Source: a virus
Lineage: Duplodnaviria > Caudoviricetes
IMG/VR virus record: IMGVR_UViG_3300049828_000245
Location: 1-31,719 of that record
Length of the DNA: 31,719 nt
Direction: 5' to 3' (one strand)
Position 1 is the first letter of the stretch; every line of letters starts with the position of its first letter. The notes beneath the pieces are model-generated. The model saw only the letters and a program-made list of their open reading frames with translations. It ran no database searches and was not told where the DNA came from. The translations under genes were made by a program, and so were the position numbers. Positions 22,509-31,718 of this stretch are shown here, one piece after another.

Positions 22509-23888
22509 CTAAAACACCGGGAGAATCAAACCAGTGCCGTTGACCTTCTGCATGGCGCCCGCGTAGCGGTCGAACGTGAACGCGAAGAAGCCGTACACGA
22601 CGAGCGGGATGTTGAGCGCGGTTGCGCCCGCCTGGTCCGCCCGGATGAACATGGGAGCGTTCGGGTCCTCCCAGAGGTGGCACTCGTTGGCGTTGACGAT
22701 GTAGATCTCGTCCTCGTTCGTCCCGAAGTTCGTGGCGATGTTGTTGTCCACGATGACGGGCGTGCCGTTGGGGAGCAGGCCGCGGTAGCCCGCGCCGTAC
22801 AGCTCCCCGTAGTTCACGCCGCCCTGCTGCTGGGCGAGGCCGGCCTGGCCGATGAAGGGCCAGGAGGTGCCGACCTGCGACTGCATCCAGTACCAGCGAC
22901 GCGAGTGCATGACGGCGATGGAGCCGCTCGAGGACTGGTCGAGCAGGGCTGCCTCGACGGCGGCGAGGCCGGCGAGGATCTTCGGGTACAGCTCGGCCGC
23001 CGTGGGGCTGGCGTCGGTGTACGCGATCGCGGTGGCCTTGTTGGTCAGGCCGACGGTCGCCTCGTTGATGAGGCGGTTGTCGAGCAGCGTGTGGTAGCCG
23101 CGCACGAGGTCGTCGATGGTGACGTCCAGTGCGCCGGTGCTGCGCTCGGCGGCGGCGCGGCTGACGGACTGCCAGTTCTCGTTGGTGAGAACGTTCAGGG
23201 TCAGGAGCGTGTCGTCGATGCTCGACTCGGTGACGGCCGTGTTCTCCGTGTGGGCCGCGGCGGTGGTGCCCGTGGTGACCTTGGAGATGTTGACCGTCAT
23301 GCCCTCGGCGGGGAGGTCGTGCTTGCGGGAGACGTCGGCCAGGGGACGGCCGGCCTTCGCGTTCGGGGCCACGAGATCCGTGAGGTACTGCGGGATGGTC
23401 AGGCCGGCGAACGCCGACGTGCCCACAGCTGCGCGGGCGAGGTAGTCGCCCCGCTCGACGCGCTCCTCCGACATGTGGCGGGCGAGCCGCTCACGGGAGT
23501 CGATGTCGCCGAACATGGCGTTGCGCATGACGTCCTGGAGGAACTGCGCGCCCGTGCGGTCCGTCTCCGGGCTGTACGTGCGCTTCTCCTGGCCGACGCG
23601 CGCGGCGCGGTCGTAGGACGGGCGCGGGGCTGCGGGAGTGGACTCCTTGGCGAGCCGCTCCATGGCCTCGTCCCGGGACTGCTCCGCCTCGAGCTCGGCG
23701 ATCTGGCGATCGATGGCGTCGACCTCGTCGGCGATGGCGTTCTTCGCCGCTCGCTTCTCCGAGATGACGACCTCGTCGGGGGTCTCGGCTGAGCGCAGCA
23801 CGCCCAGCTCGTCGGCGATGACGTTGTGCGCGGCAACCTTGGCAGCGCGGTCGGCCTTCGCCTTGTCGATCAGGTCCTGGAGCTTCAT
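22509..23888 (-). CDS. Major capsid protein (HK97-like, with N-terminal coiled-coil delta domain)
   Basis: 459 aa; coiled-coil N-terminus; AGLTIPQYL; follows the protease; GAAAGGA RBS. Confidence 0.9.
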   Translation of the reverse strand: MKLQDLIDKAKADRAAKVAAHNVIADELGVLRSAETPDEVVISEKRAAKNAIADEVDAIDRQIAELEAEQSRDEAMERLAKESTPAAPRPSYDRAARVGQEKRTYSPETDRTGAQFLQDVMRNAMFGDIDSRERLARHMSEERVERGDYLARAAVGTSAFAGLTIPQYLTDLVAPNAKAGRPLADVSRKHDLPAEGMTVNISKVTTGTTAAAHTENTAVTESSIDDTLLTLNVLTNENWQSVSRAAAERSTGALDVTIDDLVRGYHTLLDNRLINEATVGLTNKATAIAYTDASPTAAELYPKILAGLAAVEAALLDQSSSGSIAVMHSRRWYWMQSQVGTSWPFIGQAGLAQQQGGVNYGELYGAGYRGLLPNGTPVIVDNNIATNFGTNEDEIYIVNANECHLWEDPNAPMFIRADQAGATALNIPLVVYGFFAFTFDRYAGAMQKVNGTGLILPVF

Positions 23889-24014
23889 GGCTCAGGTGTC
23901 CTTTCGGTAAGGGTGAATGGGTGGACCCCGCAACAGGCGACAGTCGGCAGGCAGAGCGCGCCGGGCATCGGGCGATGAGGGAGAGCCCGGCCAGGGAGGC
24001 CGGGAGAACGGGGG

Positions 24015-24692
24015 CTAGCGGATGTGCGCGAGGTCCGCCTCGGACACGAGCTCGAGCCCGCGGCGGGCCATGCGCGCCGGGGTGGCGTCGTCGCGCAGCG
24101 CGGACGACGTGCCGGGGTTGGCGCCGTAGCCGACGATCGCGACGTCGCCGCGGTGGATGTCGAACGCGTCGATGCGGTACTCGGTGTAGTCCGGGGACCA
24201 CATGCCGCGGATGATGCGAAAGCGGAAGCTCATCTCGTGGATCAGCTTCGCGCGCATCTTCGGCGCGATGTAGGCGACGTCGTGGTCCTCGGGGTCGAGG
24301 TCCGCCTCGGTGAGCAGCCCGATCTCGTCCTCGGACAGGCGCAGGGTGCCGGTCGTGGTGGAGGCGATGCGGCGCATGGAGTCGTGGTCGAGGACTAGGG
24401 GGACGTCGAGGTCGATCCGGTTGAGGGACTCCGCGGCCGCGCCGCGGGACACAACCTCCGTGTAGGGCCCGAACATGTCGTACATCTCGTAGGGGTCCTC
24501 GTAGGTGCTGGCGTAGCCGGTGAAGCTGAGGAGCTTCGACTCCTCGCTCGCGGCGCGCAGGGACATCTGCGCGGGCCGAGCACGGGTGACGCCGGTCAGC
24601 CCGTGCTTGTCGCTGCGACGCTGGGAGGGGCGGTCGGCGGGTGCGGCAACGCCCGCGGCACGCCGCTCGGCGGCCTCGTGAATCGTCAGCAT
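24015..24692 (-). CDS. HK97-family prohead protease
   Basis: FTGYAST, YTEVVSRGAA, LVLDHD (His), EMSFRF (Ser), VGYGANP. Confidence 0.9.
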   Translation of the reverse strand: MLTIHEAAERRAAGVAAPADRPSQRRSDKHGLTGVTRARPAQMSLRAASEESKLLSFTGYASTYEDPYEMYDMFGPYTEVVSRGAAAESLNRIDLDVPLVLDHDSMRRIASTTTGTLRLSEDEIGLLTEADLDPEDHDVAYIAPKMRAKLIHEMSFRFRIIRGMWSPDYTEYRIDAFDIHRGDVAIVGYGANPGTSSALRDDATPARMARRGLELVSEADLAHIR

Positions 24693-24714
24693 GGGTCGTC
24701 CTCTCGGGTCGTGC

Positions 24715-24981
24715 TCAGGTGACGGTGATGTATCCGCACTCGATGACGGGGGTCTCGGGGGCGGCGCTGACGCGAGCCCAGATGCGCCACTGGCCCGGGG
24801 TCAGTCCGGTGACCAGGACGAAGGTGGCGCCCTCGACGACGACGGCCGCGGTCCACGTGCTCGGCCGGCTGCCGTCGGCGACGACGGCGAACTCGACGCC
24901 CGTGGTCGTGACGACGCCGTTGACCGTGACGACGACCGGGATGTACTCGACGGTCTCCCGGGGCAGGGTCAGCGCGGTCAT
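24715..24981 (-). CDS. Small beta-rich structural/adaptor protein
   Basis: MTALTLPRETVEYIPVVV...LTPGQWRIWARVSAAPETPVI; ATGA overlap; GGGAGG RBS. Confidence 0.72.
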   Translation of the reverse strand: MTALTLPRETVEYIPVVVTVNGVVTTTGVEFAVVADGSRPSTWTAAVVVEGATFVLVTGLTPGQWRIWARVSAAPETPVIECGYITVT

Positions 24982-26027
24982 GTGGTGCCCTCCCATCGTC
25001 GCGAGCTGGTGGTGCCGGAATGCTGCCGGTCGCCGACGTCGGCGGCGCGGGTGCGCTCGCCAGCCGCGGCAGAGTGGAGTCGGGCGCCGAGCTCGGCTGA
25101 GCGGGTACGGCGGCCGATCGCTGCGGTGACGACGACGTCGGTGAACGCCGCCAGGAGCGCCAGCACCTCGTCGGACTCCGACGCGAACGCGACCGCTCGG
25201 GCCTTGACCCTCGAGGCTGCGGTGGCGAGGTCCGTCTCGTCGACCAGGCCGACCGTGCGGGCCTTGTACCGGGCCGCTGAGACGGCTTCGTCGGCCTCGA
25301 GGACCCGGGCAAGGGTGAGTGCCTTCGACAGGTCTAGGGACGCCGTGGCGTCCGTCTCCGTGGCCCGCCCGAGAGTGACGATCATGGGCGCCACGAGCGG
25401 CCGAGCGGTGTCCGTCTCCGTGGCGACCGACAGAACGCGGGCCTTCGACCGAGCGATGCTCGCCGTGGTGTCCGTCTCGGTGACCCGTGCGGTGGCGTAC
25501 GCCTTCGAGCGACCGACGGGCTGGGCCGTATCGGCCTCGGTCGCCTGCCCCAGCGTTCGGGTGCGGCGCCGGGTGATCGCCTGGCCGGTGTCCGTCTCGC
25601 TGGACAGCGCGACCGTCTTGGCCTTCACACGAGCAACGGCGTTGGCGGCGTCGGACTCGACCGGCTGGGTCAGTACCCGGGTCCGGCGGCGGGTGACCGG
25701 CTGGCCGGTGTCCGACTCCGTCGACTGGCCAAGCGCGACCACGATCGTCGACCTGAGCGGCTGAGCGGTGTCTGCCTCGGTCGCCTGCCCGAGCGTGCGG
25801 GCCTTCTGCTCCGTCAGCGCGGACGCGGTGTCCGACTCTGTCGCCTGAGTGAGGACGACGGTCTGCCCCGCTGCGGGGGCTGCCAGGTTCCAGTCCGAGA
25901 GCACGTCGCCGGCTGCGCCGCCGTACGTCTGGGCAATGAGGAGTTCGGATAGGCGGCGGCGGCGGCGGCTAGCGCCTCTCGCCGTGCTGCCGCTGGACCC
26001 TGCCCGGGCGGGAGGCTTGAGCGCCAC
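24978..26027 (-). CDS. Fibre-like protein with twelve 20-aa repeats
   Basis: Repeats of type xxxKARTLGQATE[AST]DTAQPL at 25155-25868; AGGAGG RBS. Confidence 0.8.
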   Translation of the reverse strand: MALKPPARAGSSGSTARGASRRRRRLSELLIAQTYGGAAGDVLSDWNLAAPAAGQTVVLTQATESDTASALTEQKARTLGQATEADTAQPLRSTIVVALGQSTESDTGQPVTRRRTRVLTQPVESDAANAVARVKAKTVALSSETDTGQAITRRRTRTLGQATEADTAQPVGRSKAYATARVTETDTTASIARSKARVLSVATETDTARPLVAPMIVTLGRATETDATASLDLSKALTLARVLEADEAVSAARYKARTVGLVDETDLATAASRVKARAVAFASESDEVLALLAAFTDVVVTAAIGRRTRSAELGARLHSAAAGERTRAADVGDRQHSGTTSSRRWEGTT

Positions 26028-26036
26028 GGCCGCCTC

Positions 26037-26855
26037 CTAGCCGTTGATGATGTCGATGTCCAGATCAGGCAAGCCGGACGACGTGGAGTCCGCGACCGTC
26101 GTCACGACCAGCGACGAGGTGTCATACACGATCGGCAGGCCCGTCATGTCGAGCCCGTCGTACGACCCGGAGTTCGCGACACGGGTGCCACTGCTCCACA
26201 GTCGCCGGGCGATTATCACGTTCAGGGCGCCGGCGGCGTTCGTCGCGCCGCCGATGATCACGGACTCGATCTTCTGCACGCCACGGTCACCCGCCGCCAA
26301 CGGCAGCTCGACCCACCGTCCGACGATGAACCCGGACAGCGACCCGGATGTGGCCGCGACCGTGCGGCCCGTCGTCCCATCGGAGTTCGTGTACGTGACG
26401 TTGATCGTGGTCGCTGTGGCGGACATCGTGGTAGTGATCTCGACGAAGATGCGATTGCCATGGCCCGCACCGTCCGGGCAGCGGCCCAGGATGCTCGGCT
26501 GCGACGACAGGGTCAGTGTCTGCAGGGAGCCGAGCTGCGCCGTGGTGATCCCGACCGCGTAGAGCATGTCCCACAGCTCGACCCGGCCGACGACGGAGTT
26601 GTTCCAGAACACGCGCGACAGGTAGCCGACCGCGCCGCCGCCGAACGCGTTGATCGTCGGGCAGCCCGAGTTGGCGTCCGTGCGCAGCTCGCCCGCTGGC
26701 GTTGCGGCGGCCAGCATCGTGGCGGCGCCGGGGTTGCCTGCCGCGCCACGGATCGTGGACCTGTTGTTCGCGACAGTCGTGACCGCGGCGGTCTTGACGT
26801 AGGTGACGACCTGCTTCGCCGCGGCGATGACGCCGTCGCCGGTAGTGATCGCCAT
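26037..26855 (-). CDS. Putative virion appendage protein (beta-rich)
   Basis: MAITTGDGVIAAAKQ...VTYTNSDGTTGR...LPLAAGDRGVQKIES; Thr/Gly/Ala-rich. Confidence 0.68.
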   Translation of the reverse strand: MAITTGDGVIAAAKQVVTYVKTAAVTTVANNRSTIRGAAGNPGAATMLAAATPAGELRTDANSGCPTINAFGGGAVGYLSRVFWNNSVVGRVELWDMLYAVGITTAQLGSLQTLTLSSQPSILGRCPDGAGHGNRIFVEITTTMSATATTINVTYTNSDGTTGRTVAATSGSLSGFIVGRWVELPLAAGDRGVQKIESVIIGGATNAAGALNVIIARRLWSSGTRVANSGSYDGLDMTGLPIVYDTSSLVVTTVADSTSSGLPDLDIDIING

Positions 26856-26857
26856 GA

Positions 26858-27301
26858 TCAGGAGGCGCGGAAGAATCCGGCTGCGGCGAACTGTGCCGTG
26901 AAGTCCGAGCCGTCCGGCGTCAGGGCGCAGTCCAGCGCGACCAGGGGGATGATGTTGGCGTCCGTGCCGGCGCCCGTGTCGCTGTCGTAGCAGATGAGCA
27001 GCTTGGAGATAGCGTTGCCCGTCGCGGCCGTCCACGTCACGTCCGCAGCGTCCACGTCGATGCGCTCGTTCGTGTCGTCCGGGGTCACCGTGACCGACGC
27101 AAGGGTCTTGCGGCCCATCGTCGACTGCTCGTTCGACGTGCCGGCCAGCAGCGCCGACAGGTCGTCGTAGTCCTTGAGCGTCGCATCGGCCTCGAGGCCG
27201 GTCGTCTCCAGCGGGACGACGATGAGGGCATCGGAGGCGGCGGGCAGCGTCGCGTAGTAGGCGACCTTGCCCTTGGCGAAGTTGAACACGAAGTCGGCCA
27301 C
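26858..27301 (-). CDS. Putative virion structural protein (fibre-base-like)
   Basis: MADFVFNFAKG...GRKTLASVTV...DAADVTWTA...TPDGSDFTAQF; AGGAG RBS; acidic and beta-rich. Confidence 0.72.
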   Translation of the reverse strand: MADFVFNFAKGKVAYYATLPAASDALIVVPLETTGLEADATLKDYDDLSALLAGTSNEQSTMGRKTLASVTVTPDDTNERIDVDAADVTWTAATGNAISKLLICYDSDTGAGTDANIIPLVALDCALTPDGSDFTAQFAAAGFFRAS

Positions 27302-27310
27302 GGCTGGCTC

Positions 27311-28495
27311 CTACTCTGACGCAGCCGCGAGAGCGGCCTGCTTGATCGTGGTGGGCTGCTTGTTCGGGTTGCCGAACAGGCGGTCGAACTCGGCGAGCTG
27401 GTCCTCACTGAACGGCGCACGGTTCTGGACCTCGCGGGCCTCCGACGGCGACATCAGCCGGCCGGCGACCTCCGCGATCAGGTTCCGCGACTTCGCCTCC
27501 GGATCCATCCGCATCAGCGCGTCGGTGTTGAACTTCGCGTAGCGCGGCTGAGGCATCGCCCGGGACAGCGCCTTCTCGCGTCGCACGTACGCCGGGCCCA
27601 GGTTGATGATCAGCAGCTGCAGGTTCCGCTGCGTAACGTTCGCGTACGTGACCGAGCCCGTCGACACCTCGGCGTCGATCAGGTCACCCGGGACCCCGAG
27701 GAAGCGGCACACGTCGCCGACGCCGTACTTCATCTCGTCCAGGAACATCGTGGTGTTGGCCGGGACGGCGGCCATCTCGTACTCCCAGTCACGGCCCGTG
27801 ACGAACAGGTCACGGCCCTTGACGGCGTTCTTGAACCGCGACTTGATCGCGTCGGCCTGGTGCGGGTCGATCGTCGGGACCAGCGTGTTCCGCAGGTGAC
27901 CCGACGGGGCCGCGCCGGAGCCGAACCAGTCGAGGGCGAACTCCTGCGCGGACAGGTATGTGCCGATCGACCAGGCGGCGTAGGCGATAGGCGACAGCCC
28001 CACGGGCAGGCCGGCGACGGTGAACTGCCGCTCGTGCCAGATGTCGCGCGGGTCGTACTTCTCGCCGGCGATCCGGTAGTGGTCGATCTCGCCCTTGCGG
28101 ACGATGACGGTCGACTCCTGCGCCGGCACCAGGTCGATGCGGGACGGGAACTGCAGCCCGTCGCGCTCGGTGATGATGCCGAAGTCGTTGCCGAACCGGT
28201 CGAGGTCGAACTGCGAGGAGTAGAGCCACTCCTCGACCCCGATGCGCTCCCCGCCCGGGGTGACCAGCAGCGGCGGCTTCGGGACCTCCACCTGGACGCC
28301 GGCGACGCGGCGGTACACGTCCAGAGGCGTGGTCGAGATCAGGTCCGCGCGCAGCCGCAGGCAGGCCCACACCGCCGAATGCCGCAGGGCCGTGTCCGCG
28401 GTGACACTGACGCCCGAGCTCGAGGTGCGATCGAACTGGCCCAGGGCCTTGAGCGTGGCCGACAGGTTCGCCGATCGATTGAAGAACAGGCTCAC
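27311..28495 (-). CDS. Portal protein (HK97 family)
   Basis: ALRHSAVWACLRLRADLIST, GLSPIAYA, CRFLGVPGDLI, MSPSEAR. Confidence 0.95.
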   Translation of the reverse strand: MSLFFNRSANLSATLKALGQFDRTSSSGVSVTADTALRHSAVWACLRLRADLISTTPLDVYRRVAGVQVEVPKPPLLVTPGGERIGVEEWLYSSQFDLDRFGNDFGIITERDGLQFPSRIDLVPAQESTVIVRKGEIDHYRIAGEKYDPRDIWHERQFTVAGLPVGLSPIAYAAWSIGTYLSAQEFALDWFGSGAAPSGHLRNTLVPTIDPHQADAIKSRFKNAVKGRDLFVTGRDWEYEMAAVPANTTMFLDEMKYGVGDVCRFLGVPGDLIDAEVSTGSVTYANVTQRNLQLLIINLGPAYVRREKALSRAMPQPRYAKFNTDALMRMDPEAKSRNLIAEVAGRLMSPSEAREVQNRAPFSEDQLAEFDRLFGNPNKQPTTIKQAALAAASE

Positions 28496-28653
28496 AGTCG
28501 CTCACCGCCACGCGCGCGCGCCGTCGCCGTGAGGCTCCACGACGCCAGCAGGCACGCGACGCCGGCGGCCGCCAGAGCCGCACCGAGGCCGAGCACCACG
28601 AAGGCGGCGGCGATCACGAGAGCGGTGCCCGCGAGGTCGAGGATGGTCGTCAC
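28492..28653 (-). CDS. Small hydrophobic protein between terL and portal
   Basis: MTTILDLAGTALVIAAAFVVLGLGAALAAAGVACLLASW; GAAGGGA RBS; GTGA overlap with portal. Confidence 0.7.
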   Translation of the reverse strand: MTTILDLAGTALVIAAAFVVLGLGAALAAAGVACLLASWSLTATARARGGERL

Positions 28654-28670
28654 GACGGTTCCCTTCCTCG

Positions 28671-30146
28671 TCAATAGACGCTTGAGGCGACGTCGTACGA
28701 CGACGAGCCCACCAGCTGATCGAGCACCCACAGCGCCTCCACAACGGCTACCAGGCCGGCGACGTCGGTCGGCGACTTCTTGCGGTCGATGGCCCACCCG
28801 TCACCGAGCGCGCGAGGAACGGCGGTCGATGCGGCCTGGAACAGGTCCTGCCGGCCGACGTGCCGGATCCGGCGCTGCCGGATGGCGTCGTACAGGTTCC
28901 CCGACGCCTTCGCCACGCCCGACCCGTTGATCTCGTGCACCGGGATGCCGATGTCCTGCAGCTCCGGCACGAGACTCGAGACAGGTGCAGCGGATCCCTG
29001 GACAGCCACAGCCAGTGGAGCGAAGCGGCGGACCCGCTCGGCGAGGAAGCCCTTCACCTCGGCCGGCTGCAGGATCGCGACCCGGTCGACGTGCGTCAGG
29101 CCGTCCGCCCTCACGGCAGCGACGCCGATGTGTGCGCGCTCCCGGTCCCAGGACAAGTCCACGGAGAACACGAGCGGTGCGCCAGGGCCCGGCTCGCTGC
29201 CGGCGTCCTCGCAGTCGAGCCACTCCTCGACGGGGTACAGCGTGCCTTCGCCGGCGCCGACCGGGTCCTCCCACCAGCCGAGGCGCTCGCGCATGAACTC
29301 CTCCGGGGCCGACTCCAACGCGCGGCGCTCCTGTCGAACGAACTCCAAGGTGATGCGTCGGCCGAGTGCCGGGTTGGACGCCCACCACAGTTCCTCGTCA
29401 TCTAGTCGGCACCCGGCCGCGCCCACTCTGTGCAGGCACTCGGGATCCGCACACGGCCCCCGCGGCGACGTCCACTCGATATAGCCGAGGTGCGGATCGG
29501 TGCCCGACCGTCCCCGGTCACGGACGCCGCGAAGAATCTCGGAGTCCTGTACGCCGGGCGAGCTGCCGTAGACCAGGTGAGCGTTCCTGCGGGCCGACAT
29601 CGTCGGCACCAGGGCGCCCATCATGCGGCCCTCGAGGAACAGGGCCTCGTCGGCGTAGAGCCGGTCCCCCGCCATGCCACGTCCGGAGCGGCCGGTGCGA
29701 GCAATGATGTCCAGGCGCGAGCCGTTGCGCAGCTCGAAGCCTTCCTTGCCGTTCGCGGTCCGGATGCGGAGCACGTCGGCATCGAGGTACGGGGTGCCCT
29801 CGACGATTGCCCTCAGGTCACGGAAGGCCTCGCCCGCGGTCTTGAACTCGTGCGCAGTCCATACGACCCGGCTGACACCCTGGACGAACGTGTCGTGGAG
29901 GGCCAGGCCGATCATGGTGGCTGTCTTGAGGTTCTGGCGCGGGCAGACGATTCCCGACTCGAGGCCGATCCAGTCGCCGTTCTTCGCCTGCGGAGCCAGG
30001 GCGTGCAGGGCGAGCAGCTCCTGCTCCTCAACCGTGTAGCCGACCTCCCGCATCAGGTCCGCGGTCTCGTCTGCGATCGTGAATCGGGAGCCGTCAGGGA
30101 CGTGGAAGAAGGCCGGCGGGTCAGGCTTCCGCACGGCCCTGGGCAT
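28671..30146 (-). CDS. terL: Terminase large subunit
   Basis: CPRQNLKT (Walker A variant), LYADEA (Walker B), SNPALG, FMRERLGWW, FSVDLS nuclease Asp. Confidence 0.93.
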   Translation of the reverse strand: MPRAVRKPDPPAFFHVPDGSRFTIADETADLMREVGYTVEEQELLALHALAPQAKNGDWIGLESGIVCPRQNLKTATMIGLALHDTFVQGVSRVVWTAHEFKTAGEAFRDLRAIVEGTPYLDADVLRIRTANGKEGFELRNGSRLDIIARTGRSGRGMAGDRLYADEALFLEGRMMGALVPTMSARRNAHLVYGSSPGVQDSEILRGVRDRGRSGTDPHLGYIEWTSPRGPCADPECLHRVGAAGCRLDDEELWWASNPALGRRITLEFVRQERRALESAPEEFMRERLGWWEDPVGAGEGTLYPVEEWLDCEDAGSEPGPGAPLVFSVDLSWDRERAHIGVAAVRADGLTHVDRVAILQPAEVKGFLAERVRRFAPLAVAVQGSAAPVSSLVPELQDIGIPVHEINGSGVAKASGNLYDAIRQRRIRHVGRQDLFQAASTAVPRALGDGWAIDRKKSPTDVAGLVAVVEALWVLDQLVGSSSYDVASSVY

Positions 30147-30600
30147 ACCGGTTCCGCATCCGTGCGAGCGGGTTGGCGTCGTCCGGGGTCTCGGCCGCGA
30201 CGTTCATGCGAGCACGCTCGGACGGGTTCATGCCGAGCATGCCCATCATGCGGTCCACCTGCTCGTCGAGGGCGCGCAACGCGACACGGTCACGCCACTC
30301 CCCATCCCTCAGGACCCGGACCCGCAGGGCCACCCGCTCATCCACCGACTCACAGAGGACAGTCACGTGATCGAGGTCGAGCTCGCGGTCGATCCACTTG
30401 GACCTCAACGCCCACACGCGGGCCCACAGTCGCAGGCCCTCCTGACCCAGCGGGCGCAGTGGCTCCGGTGTCTCGGGCAGACCGGGCAGCACGGCGACTG
30501 CCGGCTTGGGTCGGCGTGGCGTGCGCTTCGCCGCGGCCTTCTTGACGGGCGCCTTCTTGGCAACCGGTTTGCATGGGGTCGAACTACGCGGCGAAGTCAT
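30121..30600 (-). CDS. terS: Terminase small subunit
   Basis: LGQEGLRLWARVW...LGMNPSERARM; directly upstream of and overlapping terL. Confidence 0.8.
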   Translation of the reverse strand: MTSPRSSTPCKPVAKKAPVKKAAAKRTPRRPKPAVAVLPGLPETPEPLRPLGQEGLRLWARVWALRSKWIDRELDLDHVTVLCESVDERVALRVRVLRDGEWRDRVALRALDEQVDRMMGMLGMNPSERARMNVAAETPDDANPLARMRNRYAQGRAEA

Positions 30601-31718
30601 GCGCCTCGCCCGTCGACTCGAGGACCGGCAGGTTCTTGGTGTGCTCCTGCCAGCGACGGCAGATGACGTCCACGAACCGCGGATCCAGCTCGAGCAGGCG
30701 AGCCTTCATGCCGAGCGCGTCCGCTGCCATGAGCGTCGAGCCCGACCCGCCGAACAGGTCGAGGACAAGCTGGCCGCGCTTCGCGCTGTTGCGCAGCATG
30801 CGTTGCACCAGGGCGATCGGCTTCATCGTCGGATGGTCCGCGTTGCGGGAAGGCTTGTCGACGCGCATCGCAGTGGTCCCCACCTCGGTCACGACCAGGT
30901 CGTCCCCCGAGATCAGCAGGGTCGTCGACGGCAGGGACACGCGCCACGTGCGCTCGTCCACCTGCTCGAAGATGCCCCCCCCCCAGGTCGAGGATGCTGG
31001 CCTGCCGGCGATCGCCGTACCAGCGATGCCGTGCCCCCGGCTTCCAGCCGTACAGGACCGGCTCGTGCTGCCACTGATAGTCCGACCGCGACAACGTGAA
31101 ACTCGACTTCACCCACACGACCACACTGGACAACTTCAAGCCCGCCTCGAGGAACGCGGCCGTGAAGGCAAGCCGCTCCGTCTCGGAATGCGCGACGTAG
31201 ATGCCGGCGCCCGGGGCCATGACCGCGATCGCCGAGCTCATGACGTCCCGCATGAACTGCGCGAACGCGGCCGAGCTCATGTCGTCGTTCGCGATCTTCC
31301 CGGCGATGCCGTCGACCGCGACGTTGTACGGAGGATCCGTCCACACGACGTCCGCGAGCTGGCCGTCCATCAGTCGCTCGAGGTCGTCGAGCGACGTGGC
31401 GTCGCCGCAGAGTACGCGGTGCTCCCCGAGCAGCCACACGTCACCGAGGCAGGCGTACGGCGTGACCGGAACGGGCGGTGCGTCATCGGGGGCCGGCGGA
31501 AGCGGGTCAGGATCGATGCGGTCGACCAGGTCGCGCACGGCGTCCTCGGACCAGCCCGCGTCGAGCAGCATCGCCGGATCCACTCCACCGACCTCGCGGA
31601 TGAGCTCGAGCAGCGCCAGCTCGTCGTAGGACCCGAGCTCGGATGTGCGGTTGTCCGCCAGGGCGAACGCCTGCGACGTCGTCAGGTCGTCGTCGACCAG
31701 GACGGCCGCGATGTGCGA
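30584..31718 (-). pseudogene. ParB-like N-terminal / beta-class N6-N4 DNA methyltransferase, frameshifted at a G10 tract (5' end outside window)
   Basis: AFALADNRTSELG (ParB-like), LGEHRVLCGD and TDPPYN (motif IV) are in one frame; HPTMKP and DLFGGSGST (motif I) are in another. The switch occurs at C10 (30975-30984). Confidence 0.88.

Noticed and set aside
23986-24004. Hairpin cccggcc/ggccggg after the protease gene as a terminator
   Set aside because: Only a 7-bp stem with no U-tract, and it lies within an operon; at most an mRNA stability element.
211-31629. Numerous long plus-strand and alternate-frame ORFs in the track (e.g. 10275-11546, 16583-17773, 22677-23792, 7124-8410)
   Set aside because: They are antisense or shadow frames of well-supported genes, expected at this GC content, with no recognisable motifs.
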